A stretch of DNA of 64,000 bases, from contig CAWHDP010000002.1 of NCBI GenBank assembly GCA_963828125.1, positions 1,857,054 through 1,921,053 of the forward strand, written 5' to 3'. Made by a program: the position numbers and the translations under genes. This DNA comes from an uncultured Chlamydiae bacterium. Lineage in GTDB: Bacteria > Chlamydiota > Chlamydiia > Chlamydiales > SM23-39. How positions within the stretch are numbered: the stretch's first letter is position 1; every line of letters begins with the position of its first letter. This document shows positions 39,017 through 49,079 of the stretch, in pieces. The notes under the pieces were generated by a model, which saw only the letters and a list, made by a program, of their open reading frames with translations, searched no databases and had not been told where the DNA came from.

Positions 39017-42000
39017 ATGGTACTTAGGCTCTTGCTTCTTATTTTTGGCAGTTTTCTCTATTCCTATGAGTCGGATGATTCATCTCTGATTTCGGCTGAA
39101 AATGAGCCTTCGGCATTGGTTGCAGGCACAGTCAACGCAATTACGGGAAAATGGTCGGTTGGCGAGACAGATCTTGTGATTCAAGGTTTTGAGCCGATTC
39201 TGATTCGTCGGGTTCTTGTGGAAGGAAAGTGGGCTGTTTTTCCGTCCCTCAAAGTGGTTGCAACCACTTCTCATAATCAAGGTCATTCGTATTCGATTCT
39301 GGAAAGTTCAGGGGCTAGAGTTCGTTATAAATTTACAAACCAGAAGATGCATATTGAAAATGAGCGTTACCGCAAATATACTCCTGCAGACCTTGAATAC
39401 GGGTACACGAATACCTCAAGAGGTACAATCTCGAGCTCTACCAATTTGCAAAATAATGTTCTTTTTGTCGGCCCCAAGGAGAAGCGGTTTATTTTATACT
39501 GTGCGGACGGAACGGTTCGCACTTATCTTCAAATCGATCATGTTGAAGACCAGTATCGACTCCTTTCTGAGCATCTCCCGAACGGCAACTGGGTTCTGTA
39601 CGAGTACTTAGATCGAAAGAAAAAAATACGTCTGAGTTCAATCCGAACGACAAATCCATCCCAAAATCAGGTCTACGCTCGCGCAGATTTCATCTACGCA
39701 GATCACAAGTGGAGTAATAAAAACTTTAAAATTGTTGGAAGTGATGGTCAAACAGTTGAATACAATTACAATAAGGAAGGTATTCTGATATCAGTTAGAT
39801 CTTCAGGCAGGTCCGATCAAACTTTCGGATATATTTTGCAAGACAACCTCACGCATCTGAACCGGATATCGTTGCCCTTGAGTCGAAATTTTCAGGCTGA
39901 TTATTACACGCCGAAGACCAAATCGGTGAATGGACAAAAAATTGTGATGGAAAATTCTAGCTATGAAGCCACCTTCAATGGACAAGTCTATGATCAATTT
40001 GTACCAGATCCTCGGTGTGGACGCGCCATGACCCTTTCCGCTCCTGTAGGCTCTGATGCCAGTCTTCATGTGACTCATGCCTTTTTTTACGATTTACAAA
40101 ATCGGAAGACCTCTGTTTTTGATATTGAAAACCAACGAGTAGATTACATTTGGGATGCTAGTTTTCGATTAAGACAAATCGCCAGATATGGCACTGATGG
40201 AAAACTGCAAAAAATCGAACAATTTTCATGGACTCAGTTCGGAAACCTTGTTTGCAAAAGTTTGCTTGACGGCAATGGAAAGCCCCTTTGGGCTAAGACA
40301 TACTCCTACAATTCCCGAGGCGATATTGTTGAGGAGCGGTTCTTTGGCAATCTTTCAGGAATGGGCGCCCAGCTGGTTCTGAATACAGACAATCTTCCCT
40401 TAGAAAATGGGGTAGAAAGTTACGTTCAGAGATTTACCTACATAATCGGCGATTTTTCTCTTTTGCAATCGATGGACGATGGCGAAAAAAGGATTGAAAA
40501 CACCTATTTGCCCCAAACGAATTTAATCGCTTCACAGACGACGTACCATAAAGGAGAAATCAAGGAGAGAAAATTTTGGGAATACGATGCCAATCATCTT
40601 CTGATCAAAGAGGTCACGGACACAAAAACAGCTCATTTGATTCGGCAAATCACGCCAAAGCCAGACGGTCCCTATTTCGGCTTGCCATGGATGATTGAAG
40701 AAAAGTATTTGGAGGAGGGCCAAGAACATTTAGAGAGTAAAGTGGTTCTGCAATATACGATAGGCGCTCAAGTCGCCCAAAAAGATGTTTACGATTCCGC
40801 AAATCAGTTTTGCTATAGCCTCAAATATGTCTACAATCAGAAAGGGCAATTGATCGACCAAACAGATGCGGCTGGACGACATGAACAATTTTCTTACGAT
40901 GAATGTGGAAATCAGGTCTCTCACCAACATGCATCTGAGCGCAAGAAGGCCACTTTTAACTATGATTTTTCCAATCGTCTGATCTCATCTTCACAACGAG
41001 GGGATGATGGAATCATTCTCAATGAGAAATATGTCTATGATAAAAAACACCGATTGATCTCCGAAACAAAGCCTTTAGGGCATGTGGCGAAGTTCGGCTA
41101 CGATCCGTTCGGTAATCTACGTCAAAAAGAATTCCCTTCAATTGGGATTTTTCTTTTTATTTATGACAGTTTTGGGAGGATTTCTTCGAAGATTAATCCT
41201 GATAAATCGGAAACAAAAACAGCCTATAATGCATATAATAAACCCATTCGCATTGAATACCCAGATGGAGGAGTTGAAGAGTTCGTCTATTATTCCAATG
41301 GATCGCTTAAAACTTCCATTAATTCGGAAGGTGTTGAAACTTCTTATGTATATGACCATCAAGAAAATGTTGTTTCCAAAACCCTGTCTGCTAATGGGCA
41401 GAGACTCTCCGAAGAATTTTACCGGTATGATGGCCCATATCTCACGGACAAAGTAGATGCTGAAGGAAAGCGGACTACTTATACTTACGATCTCTCTGGG
41501 AAGCTTCTTGCTGCGCGGATGGGTGGTGAAACAATTGAATTTGGTTATGATTCCTTAGGACGCCAAGTTCTCGAAAAAGTCGGGTCGCTGTCCACAAAGA
41601 AAAAATATGATATACTCAATCGCATTATTGAAGAAAGCAAAGAAGGTGGAGGAGAAATTTTACATCGTATTCAATATGAGTATGATTCAGCTGACAACCG
41701 CATAGCTGTTACCCGATTTATTCAGGGGGAAGAGAGTAAGGAAAGCTCGATTTATGATTCTCTTGGGCGTTGCATCCAAACGACAAACCCCCTTGGGGCG
41801 AATACTCACATAATTTACGCCGTAACACCGCTCTTAAAGGAAGCCATTATTGATCCTCTTCGACTCAAAACGATCAAAAGCTATAATGCTCTACAGAAAG
41901 TCGCATCGGTTGAAATCGTCAATGGGGAAGGAACCATTTTGTCAAAACAGTCGTTCACGTACGATTTTCGTGGGAATCTCCTAGAGCATGCCTTTCATAT

Positions 42001-44200
42001 TCCTCGCCCCTTTTCTAACCGCTACTCCTATGATTCTATGGGACGGCTTACCCAAAAAATAGAGGCTGCCGATCGGCCCTATACCAAAACGACGAAATAT
42101 ACCCATGACAAGTTAGGGCGCCTCGTTCAAACGGTCAAGCCAAATGGGATATCTCTCAATTACTCCTACAATCGGCTAGGTCATCTCGCCTCCATGAGTT
42201 CATCCGATCAAACCATCAGGTATCTCTATTTTCACGATCGTTTAGGTAGGGAACTTACGTCCTGGGATCTGAATCTCGATCAAAAAACGGAAAAAAGATA
42301 TGACTCCCACGGCCGGGTTCTGCAAGAAACTCTTGGAAGCGGCCATACCATTCAAAATGAATATAATGCTTTTGGTGATCGCGTTCAATTGACTCTTCCA
42401 GACCTGTCTTTTGTCCGGTATGATTATGATCCGCTTTATGTGCGCAGAATAACCCGCTATAGCCCAAATAAATCAGCGCAATATAGCCATAGCTTTGATT
42501 CATATGATCAAAGCGGCAATATCATTCGGGAAACTCTTATCCAAGATCTGGGGATAGTTACACATAAGTACAATCAGCTACAGCAGCGAGATGGGTGTAA
42601 CTCAATCTATTTTTCCCAGGAAGTGATGGAGCGAGATCCATTGGGGAATATCTTAAAATACGACCTCAATGGCAATACTTGCGCCTTTGTCTACGATGAT
42701 CTGTATCAACTCACCTCAGAACAGGCTTTCACTTATACGGCTGACGCTGACTATTGCCGCCTGAAAAAAAATGGAGAGGAATATGAGCATAATGATCTCA
42801 TGCAACTGATCTCGCATCTGGAGCATGATCAAAATGGCAATCCTATTCAACACAATGACTCTTGTTTTTCATATGATGCATTGGATCGGTTGATTCAAGT
42901 GCAAACCCCCTCTCAACGGATTGCATTCACCTATGATTCGGATCATCGGCGCCTTTCAAAAACTGTGATCCACGATGGTGGGGTCTCACGGAATTTCTAT
43001 CTTTATGATGGCCGGAAAGAAATCGGGATCCTTGATGCCTTTGGGAACACACTTGAGCTTCGCATTTTAAACCCGGCAGCCTCATCAGAGATTGGTTCTT
43101 CCATAGCTATTGAAATGCAAGGCAAGATTTATGCGCCTATTCACGATCTCATGGGAAATCTCGGTTACCTTGTTTCAGTGGATTCTAAGGATTCGAGATC
43201 TTTCGAATATAATGCATTTGGCGAAGAAAGCCCGGCCAACGATCCTTCTATCCCCTGGCGGTTTGCCTCTAAGCGGATAGATCGAGAGACAGGTCTTGTC
43301 TATTTCGGCCAAAGATATTACTGCCCTTCTCTAGGTCGTTGGCTGACCCCAGATCCCGTTGAATCAACGGCCAATCTGTATTCGTTTGTGAACAACAATC
43401 CATTTCGCTACGTCGATTTTTTTGGCTTATATTCTTCAGATCGAGCCTCTGATGTCCATTTTTTTGATCCAAGTAGTATTTTTGAGTCGAATACTTTTTC
43501 TGTGGGCACCATAGGAGATTCAAATTTAGGAAATATTCATTATCATTGCGGGATCAATAACTCAGAGGAGGAAGTGAAGCAGGCCCAAATGGCTTTGTAC
43601 AACATCTTGGGAGGAGAAAGGGCTGTTACAGCCCACTGGATACATGATCATAAAATCACTCGCGGTCTCGGCTTAGTTGGTTCAGAAAAAATCGCGAAGA
43701 ATCAATATTACACTGTATGCCCGGGATTGACTCTTTTGGGCAGATTTTATCTGGGTCGTTCCTATATGCAAGATGTCATTGAGTATGAAACGCGGTTGCT
43801 TTCCCGCCAAGCAGAGGATATCCTAAAAGAAAACAACCCGCTTTTGAAGCAGGTACATGTCCTTTTCAGCAACGCCAGCTACCCGTTTAGAGAGGCGTTG
43901 CAAAGGATATCTCCAGAAGCTCGCGAGACCGTTATCGCTATCTCTGCAGGACCTACGACGATGATCGAAAACCACTTGGCTCATAAAGCATATAATATAA
44001 TTGGGGAAAAAGATTGGCCGTCAAGAATCTGCAATGGGTTGGTTAAGTCATTTATAGAGAGGGAAAATGCCATTGTACAATTTATAGAGCAACATGAGAC
44101 CAAACTAGGCGTGTTTGGTCATTATTTCGAGCAACCCCAGTATCAAGAATACATGAGGACCATCCTAAATGATAATAGGGAAATTTATGAAATACATTAG
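39017..44200 (+). CDS. RHS/YD-repeat polymorphic toxin-like protein
   Basis: Signal-peptide-like N-terminus, many YD..G repeats, core end YFGQRYY.P.LGRWLTPDP...NLYSFVNNNP....DFFGL, then a C-terminal domain of about 256 aa. Confidence 0.93.
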   Translation: MVLRLLLLIFGSFLYSYESDDSSLISAENEPSALVAGTVNAITGKWSVGETDLVIQGFEPILIRRVLVEGKWAVFPSLKVVATTSHNQGHSYSILESSGARVRYKFTNQKMHIENERYRKYTPADLEYGYTNTSRGTISSSTNLQNNVLFVGPKEKRFILYCADGTVRTYLQIDHVEDQYRLLSEHLPNGNWVLYEYLDRKKKIRLSSIRTTNPSQNQVYARADFIYADHKWSNKNFKIVGSDGQTVEYNYNKEGILISVRSSGRSDQTFGYILQDNLTHLNRISLPLSRNFQADYYTPKTKSVNGQKIVMENSSYEATFNGQVYDQFVPDPRCGRAMTLSAPVGSDASLHVTHAFFYDLQNRKTSVFDIENQRVDYIWDASFRLRQIARYGTDGKLQKIEQFSWTQFGNLVCKSLLDGNGKPLWAKTYSYNSRGDIVEERFFGNLSGMGAQLVLNTDNLPLENGVESYVQRFTYIIGDFSLLQSMDDGEKRIENTYLPQTNLIASQTTYHKGEIKERKFWEYDANHLLIKEVTDTKTAHLIRQITPKPDGPYFGLPWMIEEKYLEEGQEHLESKVVLQYTIGAQVAQKDVYDSANQFCYSLKYVYNQKGQLIDQTDAAGRHEQFSYDECGNQVSHQHASERKKATFNYDFSNRLISSSQRGDDGIILNEKYVYDKKHRLISETKPLGHVAKFGYDPFGNLRQKEFPSIGIFLFIYDSFGRISSKINPDKSETKTAYNAYNKPIRIEYPDGGVEEFVYYSNGSLKTSINSEGVETSYVYDHQENVVSKTLSANGQRLSEEFYRYDGPYLTDKVDAEGKRTTYTYDLSGKLLAARMGGETIEFGYDSLGRQVLEKVGSLSTKKKYDILNRIIEESKEGGGEILHRIQYEYDSADNRIAVTRFIQGEESKESSIYDSLGRCIQTTNPLGANTHIIYAVTPLLKEAIIDPLRLKTIKSYNALQKVASVEIVNGEGTILSKQSFTYDFRGNLLEHAFHIPRPFSNRYSYDSMGRLTQKIEAADRPYTKTTKYTHDKLGRLVQTVKPNGISLNYSYNRLGHLASMSSSDQTIRYLYFHDRLGRELTSWDLNLDQKTEKRYDSHGRVLQETLGSGHTIQNEYNAFGDRVQLTLPDLSFVRYDYDPLYVRRITRYSPNKSAQYSHSFDSYDQSGNIIRETLIQDLGIVTHKYNQLQQRDGCNSIYFSQEVMERDPLGNILKYDLNGNTCAFVYDDLYQLTSEQAFTYTADADYCRLKKNGEEYEHNDLMQLISHLEHDQNGNPIQHNDSCFSYDALDRLIQVQTPSQRIAFTYDSDHRRLSKTVIHDGGVSRNFYLYDGRKEIGILDAFGNTLELRILNPAASSEIGSSIAIEMQGKIYAPIHDLMGNLGYLVSVDSKDSRSFEYNAFGEESPANDPSIPWRFASKRIDRETGLVYFGQRYYCPSLGRWLTPDPVESTANLYSFVNNNPFRYVDFFGLYSSDRASDVHFFDPSSIFESNTFSVGTIGDSNLGNIHYHCGINNSEEEVKQAQMALYNILGGERAVTAHWIHDHKITRGLGLVGSEKIAKNQYYTVCPGLTLLGRFYLGRSYMQDVIEYETRLLSRQAEDILKENNPLLKQVHVLFSNASYPFREALQRISPEARETVIAISAGPTTMIENHLAHKAYNIIGEKDWPSRICNGLVKSFIERENAIVQFIEQHETKLGVFGHYFEQPQYQEYMRTILNDNREIYEIH

Positions 44201-44771
44201 GTTTATGATTTTTTGTTTGCTCAGTTTGTCTGCATCTTGCAGGTATGACATTTTAAATAATCCAGAACATAAACTAATAAAAAATTTTTCTAGCCGTGCA
44301 AGAAAAGAGGCGGGGTTAATTTCTTGGAGTTATGGAATCAATCAATCTTTGTTAAGGGACTATCCGTCAAACGCTCTCGTAGGGGATTTTAAGGTTATAT
44401 ATGCCTTACGTAAAACTCAGGAAAACGTTGTATCTGTAGATGAAGCTAGATGTCTGATTATTTCTGTTGTCGAAAGTTTTCTCAGAGACATAAATACGAA
44501 CCAAAAAATTAGAAAAAAACTTGCTGCATTTCCGTTTCCTAGTAATAGAATGTCCATTTACATAGTCTTTGTTGATGAAAATGATATTGGGCTTGGCAAC
44601 GGAGGGGTTCAAAAAGTGTATGTAGATAACGATAAAATTAGATATGTAAGATATGAAATATACGAATATATCAAACCAGTGCCTTTTGGAAAACATTTTG
44701 TGTTTCACGAAGAAGTCTATTCAAAAGCTTTCGATATTGTGAAAGAACAGGGACGTCTGAGGGAATTGTAG
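44187..44771 (+). CDS. Putative lipoprotein, candidate RHS immunity protein
   Basis: Overlaps the RHS stop; MKYIRFMIFCLLSLSASC lipoprotein-like signal; AT-rich. Confidence 0.7.
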   Translation: MKYIRFMIFCLLSLSASCRYDILNNPEHKLIKNFSSRARKEAGLISWSYGINQSLLRDYPSNALVGDFKVIYALRKTQENVVSVDEARCLIISVVESFLRDINTNQKIRKKLAAFPFPSNRMSIYIVFVDENDIGLGNGGVQKVYVDNDKIRYVRYEIYEYIKPVPFGKHFVFHEEVYSKAFDIVKEQGRLREL

Positions 44772-44944
44772 GTGAGGTTTTTGGTCTGTGACGGCGGCAG
44801 GATGGCGGGGAAGCCCAGCGCCCCAAAAAACAGAGAGAAAATGATCGAATCTCATATTGGATGAGAGGGGGAGTCCGAGTGATCGGCTCCTCTACTCCAT
44901 GACCGACCACATAAAATTTTTCAAGAAATTGCCTTTCCTTTAGA

Positions 44945-47900
44945 ATGCCATGTGTGAACCGGATTTTTTTTTGCATTGTTTTCTTTTTTCTCGCATGCGC
45001 TCTTTTCAACACTCAAATTTTAGGCGCCGCGGCGCGGATCATCATGAGAAAAAAAACGGGTTGCGAAATGGCCTACCGCTCTTTGTATTGGAAAAGAGGG
45101 GAACTTATATTCTCCGATGTAACTTTTTCCGGCTCTTTTTTTTATTCCCACATGGAAAAGGTCTCATTTCGCCCCGATTGGAGATCTTTTCCGCGCAAAA
45201 TAAAGGGTCACCTCACTCTCAATTCCCCTTATCTCTCTATCACAGAGCGGATCATCTCTCCGCGTATGGATTCTAGCTGGTTCGATCTTTCCCTCTCAGT
45301 GAAGGATGGGATCCTCGATTGGGATGGGCCGGTTCGTTTTTCTGCCGAACACACCTCTTCCCGCAGCGATCTGTCTTTAGATTGGGGCGATGCGAGCGCC
45401 CTTATGATTTACCAAAATGGAGAGCTGCAGGGCGATCTCAAAAATTTCCGGCTCTCTCTTCTACAGCCGTGGCTCCCGTTCGGGGAGATTGTCGAGGGCA
45501 GAGCGACAGGCCAGATGGCGATCGACGATGAGGGATGCCCGCTGAAGGCCAATCTCTCAGTTGAACAACTGAAGGCCGCGTGGCCTGGCGGGAGCGTCGA
45601 TCGCTTAGCCGGTAGTCTCAGTTTCAATGCCCAACTGGGAGCCAAATGGAAGCTGGACGGTCTGGGTCAATCTCAGGGCAAAGAGTTCCCCTTCACTTCT
45701 GTCGGCAGGGCCTTTTTTAAAAAACGGTGGATCGAATCGAACATCGAGTTTGGGGATTCATGGTGCAAAATGGGGCGAGATGAGGGGTGGAATGTTGAAT
45801 GTTGGCAGCTCAAAGCGGAGCAGGTCTCCTGGCTCCAAGGGGGGCTCGCCCTTTTTTGCGATGAGTTTGGCAAGGGCTCTATCTTGAATGGATCGGTCAG
45901 TGGGAAAGCGTCGTTCGCCCATTCTTCATGGAATGCCCAGTTTGAAGGGCAAAATGTGACCGTGCAGATAGGGGAGGCGCTATTCGCTTGCACGAAAGCG
46001 AAGGGCGATTTGACGGAGGAGGGGGGGAGTTTCGTCCTCTTCAGCCCTGCGGCCGATCTGAAATTCGCAGGTACATGGGAGGATTGGAATGGGGAGGTTC
46101 GTCTCGGCCCCATCGATCTTGTTCTGCACGGCGGTTGGGATGGACAAAAGGTCCCGATCCAGATCGGCAAAGGGACTCTTGCGGCTCTAGAATTTTGGGG
46201 CTCTGGATGGATCGATCCAGCTTTCGATCTTTTTTTTACACTCCATGGAGAGTGGAGCCTTTTCGAAAAAAAAATTCCGATCCATTGTCCTGAGCTGAGT
46301 AGGCAGGGGGGGGGGTGGACGTTTGATTTTCGGGCCCCCCGAAAAATGTGGGATCTCTTCCGGCTAGGGGGAACCGTCTCCCAAAACGAAATCGCTTATC
46401 ACCCCAAAAATCACCTCCTCGGCGTACCCCTTGTTTTCCATCCAGCCCCTTTGGGAGAATTGGACGTTTCATTAGAACTTCCTTGGTCTGCGCTTCTCTC
46501 GGCTGGACCTTTTTTGAAAGAGTGGGGTCTCGATCTAAAAAAAATCCCCCCCGTTGAAAAGACGTTTCTCCATTTTCAGTGGAGGGGAGGGGAAGCCGAT
46601 CTAACAGCCCATTCAGATTCTCTCCCCTTTTCTTTGCACGTTGCTCAAAAAGGGGATGCGTGGAAGATCGATCTCGATTCTGATATCGCGTTGCAAGCTG
46701 TGGTCAAAAAAGATGGGAGCGCTAAAGGAAAGGGGCGTTGGAAATCGGAGGTCGAGGTCGAATTCGATGGTCAGATCACTCCCGCTTTTCATTGCGAATT
46801 TTCCCTCCCCAGAGTGTCGGCCGATTTGAAAATCAGCCAACCGCTCTGCATGGAGGGAACCATCGAGGGGCAGGGTCACTTTATCTACAACGGCGAGATC
46901 GAATCCGATTTCGATTTTACCCCCTCTTCTCTAGCCATCCAATCAGAGCCGCTCGAAAATCAAGGATCCATTCACCTCTCTTACTCTTCTCTCCGCGGCG
47001 CCCTCTTTACCGGAGTGAACCTCCATGGGCTGTTCGATTGCATTGTCGATCTACTGGAATATGACATTCAAAGATCCCACTGGATTTTCCACAAAGCGCA
47101 AGTACACCTCCCATGTTCTTTGTTGACGAGCCCCTTCCTCCGATTCCTAGATAAAGAAAAAGAGCTCAATTTCACCGCCGATCTCGATGTTGCCTCCGAC
47201 TTTTCGACGTTTGTCTGCACCCTCAGGGAAGGGTGGATCCCCTGCCAGGGGGCCTCTTTGCCCATTGACGATCTGGCCCTTTCGTGGAGCCACGGAAAAT
47301 GCGCTGCGGCCCTCCATTACAAGGGTCATCTCCATCAGCTCCAAATGCAGCTGGATGATCGAATGACCGGTCGACTGACTGTGGGCGAGGAGGAGACGCC
47401 CCTTTGCATTGATTGGGAATACCGCGATGCATTTCTCATCCAGTCGATCGAGGGTTCATTCGGCGGCGTCGAGGCTTCTTTCCATGCCGAAAGCCCCAAT
47501 CAGCTCGTCGGTAGCGCCCGTGTCGATTTTACCGCCCTGTCGCCTCTGCTGCCCCTTGATGTGGCTCAAGTGTTCACAGAGATCAAAATGGGAAAAGGAT
47601 ACGAATTGAAAGGGCAGCTGAATATCCAAAATAATCGACCTTCTTTCCGCGGTCTTTTAAGCGGTAAAGCTGTCGAGCTCTTTGGCTTTCAATTCCGAAC
47701 ATTGCTGGCTCAAGTCGATCTCCATCCCGAATCGATTCAGATTTTTGACGTCAAAATCAGCGATAGCGCCGGCATCATGAAAATCGATCAGATTCTCCTT
47801 GAAGGAAAAGAAGATAAACCATGGACAATCGAGATTCCGCACTTAACGATTCTCGAAATGCGCCCCAGTCTCATGCAAAGGCCTGGCGGTTTGGTCGGCC

Positions 47901-48361
47901 CAATTAGCCCTTTGGTCGTCCGCGAACTGAACATCGAAGACTTTAAAGGGCTCCTCGATGATGGAAAAACGTATACAGCCAAAGGCGATCTCCACTTCAT
48001 CAACTCTTACAAGCGAGGAGAGACGGTCTTTGATCTCCCAGCCAACCTGCTGAGCCGGATTGTCGGCCTCGATCTGGAACTCCTCATTCCAGTCACTGGC
48101 GATCTGACCTTCAACATCAAAAACGGCTATTTCAATCTCCTCGAACTTACAAACGCCTACAGCGAAGGACGACGATCCCAGTTCTTCCTCGAAAATACCC
48201 CCCCGCCCCGCATGGATCTCGACGGCAATCTCGAAATCTTCATCAAAATGAAGCAGTTCGTCCTCCTTAAAATCACCGAATCGCTCCTCATCTCTATCGA
48301 CGGCATCCTCGATGATCCACAAATCCATCTCAAGAAAAAGCGGTTTTTTGGACTTATGTGA
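44945..48361 (+). CDS. Large beta-rich envelope protein, possibly AsmA/TamB-like
   Basis: 1138 aa; N-terminal membrane anchor followed by continuous amphipathic beta-strand pattern; family assignment is inference. Confidence 0.6.
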   Translation: MPCVNRIFFCIVFFFLACALFNTQILGAAARIIMRKKTGCEMAYRSLYWKRGELIFSDVTFSGSFFYSHMEKVSFRPDWRSFPRKIKGHLTLNSPYLSITERIISPRMDSSWFDLSLSVKDGILDWDGPVRFSAEHTSSRSDLSLDWGDASALMIYQNGELQGDLKNFRLSLLQPWLPFGEIVEGRATGQMAIDDEGCPLKANLSVEQLKAAWPGGSVDRLAGSLSFNAQLGAKWKLDGLGQSQGKEFPFTSVGRAFFKKRWIESNIEFGDSWCKMGRDEGWNVECWQLKAEQVSWLQGGLALFCDEFGKGSILNGSVSGKASFAHSSWNAQFEGQNVTVQIGEALFACTKAKGDLTEEGGSFVLFSPAADLKFAGTWEDWNGEVRLGPIDLVLHGGWDGQKVPIQIGKGTLAALEFWGSGWIDPAFDLFFTLHGEWSLFEKKIPIHCPELSRQGGGWTFDFRAPRKMWDLFRLGGTVSQNEIAYHPKNHLLGVPLVFHPAPLGELDVSLELPWSALLSAGPFLKEWGLDLKKIPPVEKTFLHFQWRGGEADLTAHSDSLPFSLHVAQKGDAWKIDLDSDIALQAVVKKDGSAKGKGRWKSEVEVEFDGQITPAFHCEFSLPRVSADLKISQPLCMEGTIEGQGHFIYNGEIESDFDFTPSSLAIQSEPLENQGSIHLSYSSLRGALFTGVNLHGLFDCIVDLLEYDIQRSHWIFHKAQVHLPCSLLTSPFLRFLDKEKELNFTADLDVASDFSTFVCTLREGWIPCQGASLPIDDLALSWSHGKCAAALHYKGHLHQLQMQLDDRMTGRLTVGEEETPLCIDWEYRDAFLIQSIEGSFGGVEASFHAESPNQLVGSARVDFTALSPLLPLDVAQVFTEIKMGKGYELKGQLNIQNNRPSFRGLLSGKAVELFGFQFRTLLAQVDLHPESIQIFDVKISDSAGIMKIDQILLEGKEDKPWTIEIPHLTILEMRPSLMQRPGGLVGPISPLVVRELNIEDFKGLLDDGKTYTAKGDLHFINSYKRGETVFDLPANLLSRIVGLDLELLIPVTGDLTFNIKNGYFNLLELTNAYSEGRRSQFFLENTPPPRMDLDGNLEIFIKMKQFVLLKITESLLISIDGILDDPQIHLKKKRFFGLM

Positions 48362-48422
48362 TTGATTGTTATGTTGTTATAAAAATTGAGCCGGATCTTC
48401 CGAAAAATGCCAGGGAATGGAA

Positions 48423-48451
48423 TTGACGACTCCATAAATTTCGCCTACAAT
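48423..48451 (+). promoter_or_regulatory. Sigma66-type promoter
   Basis: TTGACG-17 nt-TACAAT. Confidence 0.65.
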
Positions 48452-48518
48452 AGGCCCATGTACAACCGTCTACTGCGGGTCCCCAAGCGCTACAATTCCA
48501 TTTTTTAAAAAGGTTTAT

Positions 48519-49079
48519 TTGAGCTTTCTCGCCGATCTCATCTTTCCGCCGCTTTGCCGTGCGTGCAAGGAGAGGCGTGTAACCAAGGTCTTGTGCCCCT
48601 CCTGCTGGTCCCTTTGCGCCCTACCCGATCCTATCGAACGGTGCCGCCATTGCTTTGAAGAGCTCGACCGAAAGGGGGGGCTTTGCGCTCAATGTTTGAA
48701 AAGAGAGATCCTTCCGGCAGTGCGCGCCTTTGTTTTCGATCCAGAATCGCCCGCCCGATTTTTGGGTTTTGACGCGCCTGTTGCGCTTGCCAGTTTTGCG
48801 CTTCTCCAATGGATTCAACTCGAATGGCCGACGCCCGATGCGGTCATTCCCATGCCAGATGCTCATTCTCTTTGTATCGGCAAAGAGTTTGCGGAGCTGC
48901 TCGATTTCCCTTTTGTCAGAGCCTTGACGTTTGATTGCCGATATAAAGAAGATCGGCTCGAAGAGGATCAAACCCTCCTCCTTTTCGATGTTTTACATCC
49001 GGTTGAACTGTTGCAAAAAGGGGCGCTCGCTCTATCGGAGTCTTTCCCAAAAAGAATTTATCTATTAAGCTTGTTCTGA
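48519..49079 (+). CDS. ComF-like double zinc ribbon protein with degenerate PRT domain
   Basis: DLIFPP.C..C, LC..C, RC..C and LC..C motifs; lacks the DD..TTG loop. Confidence 0.75.
   Translation: MSFLADLIFPPLCRACKERRVTKVLCPSCWSLCALPDPIERCRHCFEELDRKGGLCAQCLKREILPAVRAFVFDPESPARFLGFDAPVALASFALLQWIQLEWPTPDAVIPMPDAHSLCIGKEFAELLDFPFVRALTFDCRYKEDRLEEDQTLLLFDVLHPVELLQKGALALSESFPKRIYLLSLF

Noticed and set aside
44772..44944. Possible riboswitch downstream of the immunity-like gene
   Set aside because: Only an imperfect hairpin; no recognisable aptamer consensus
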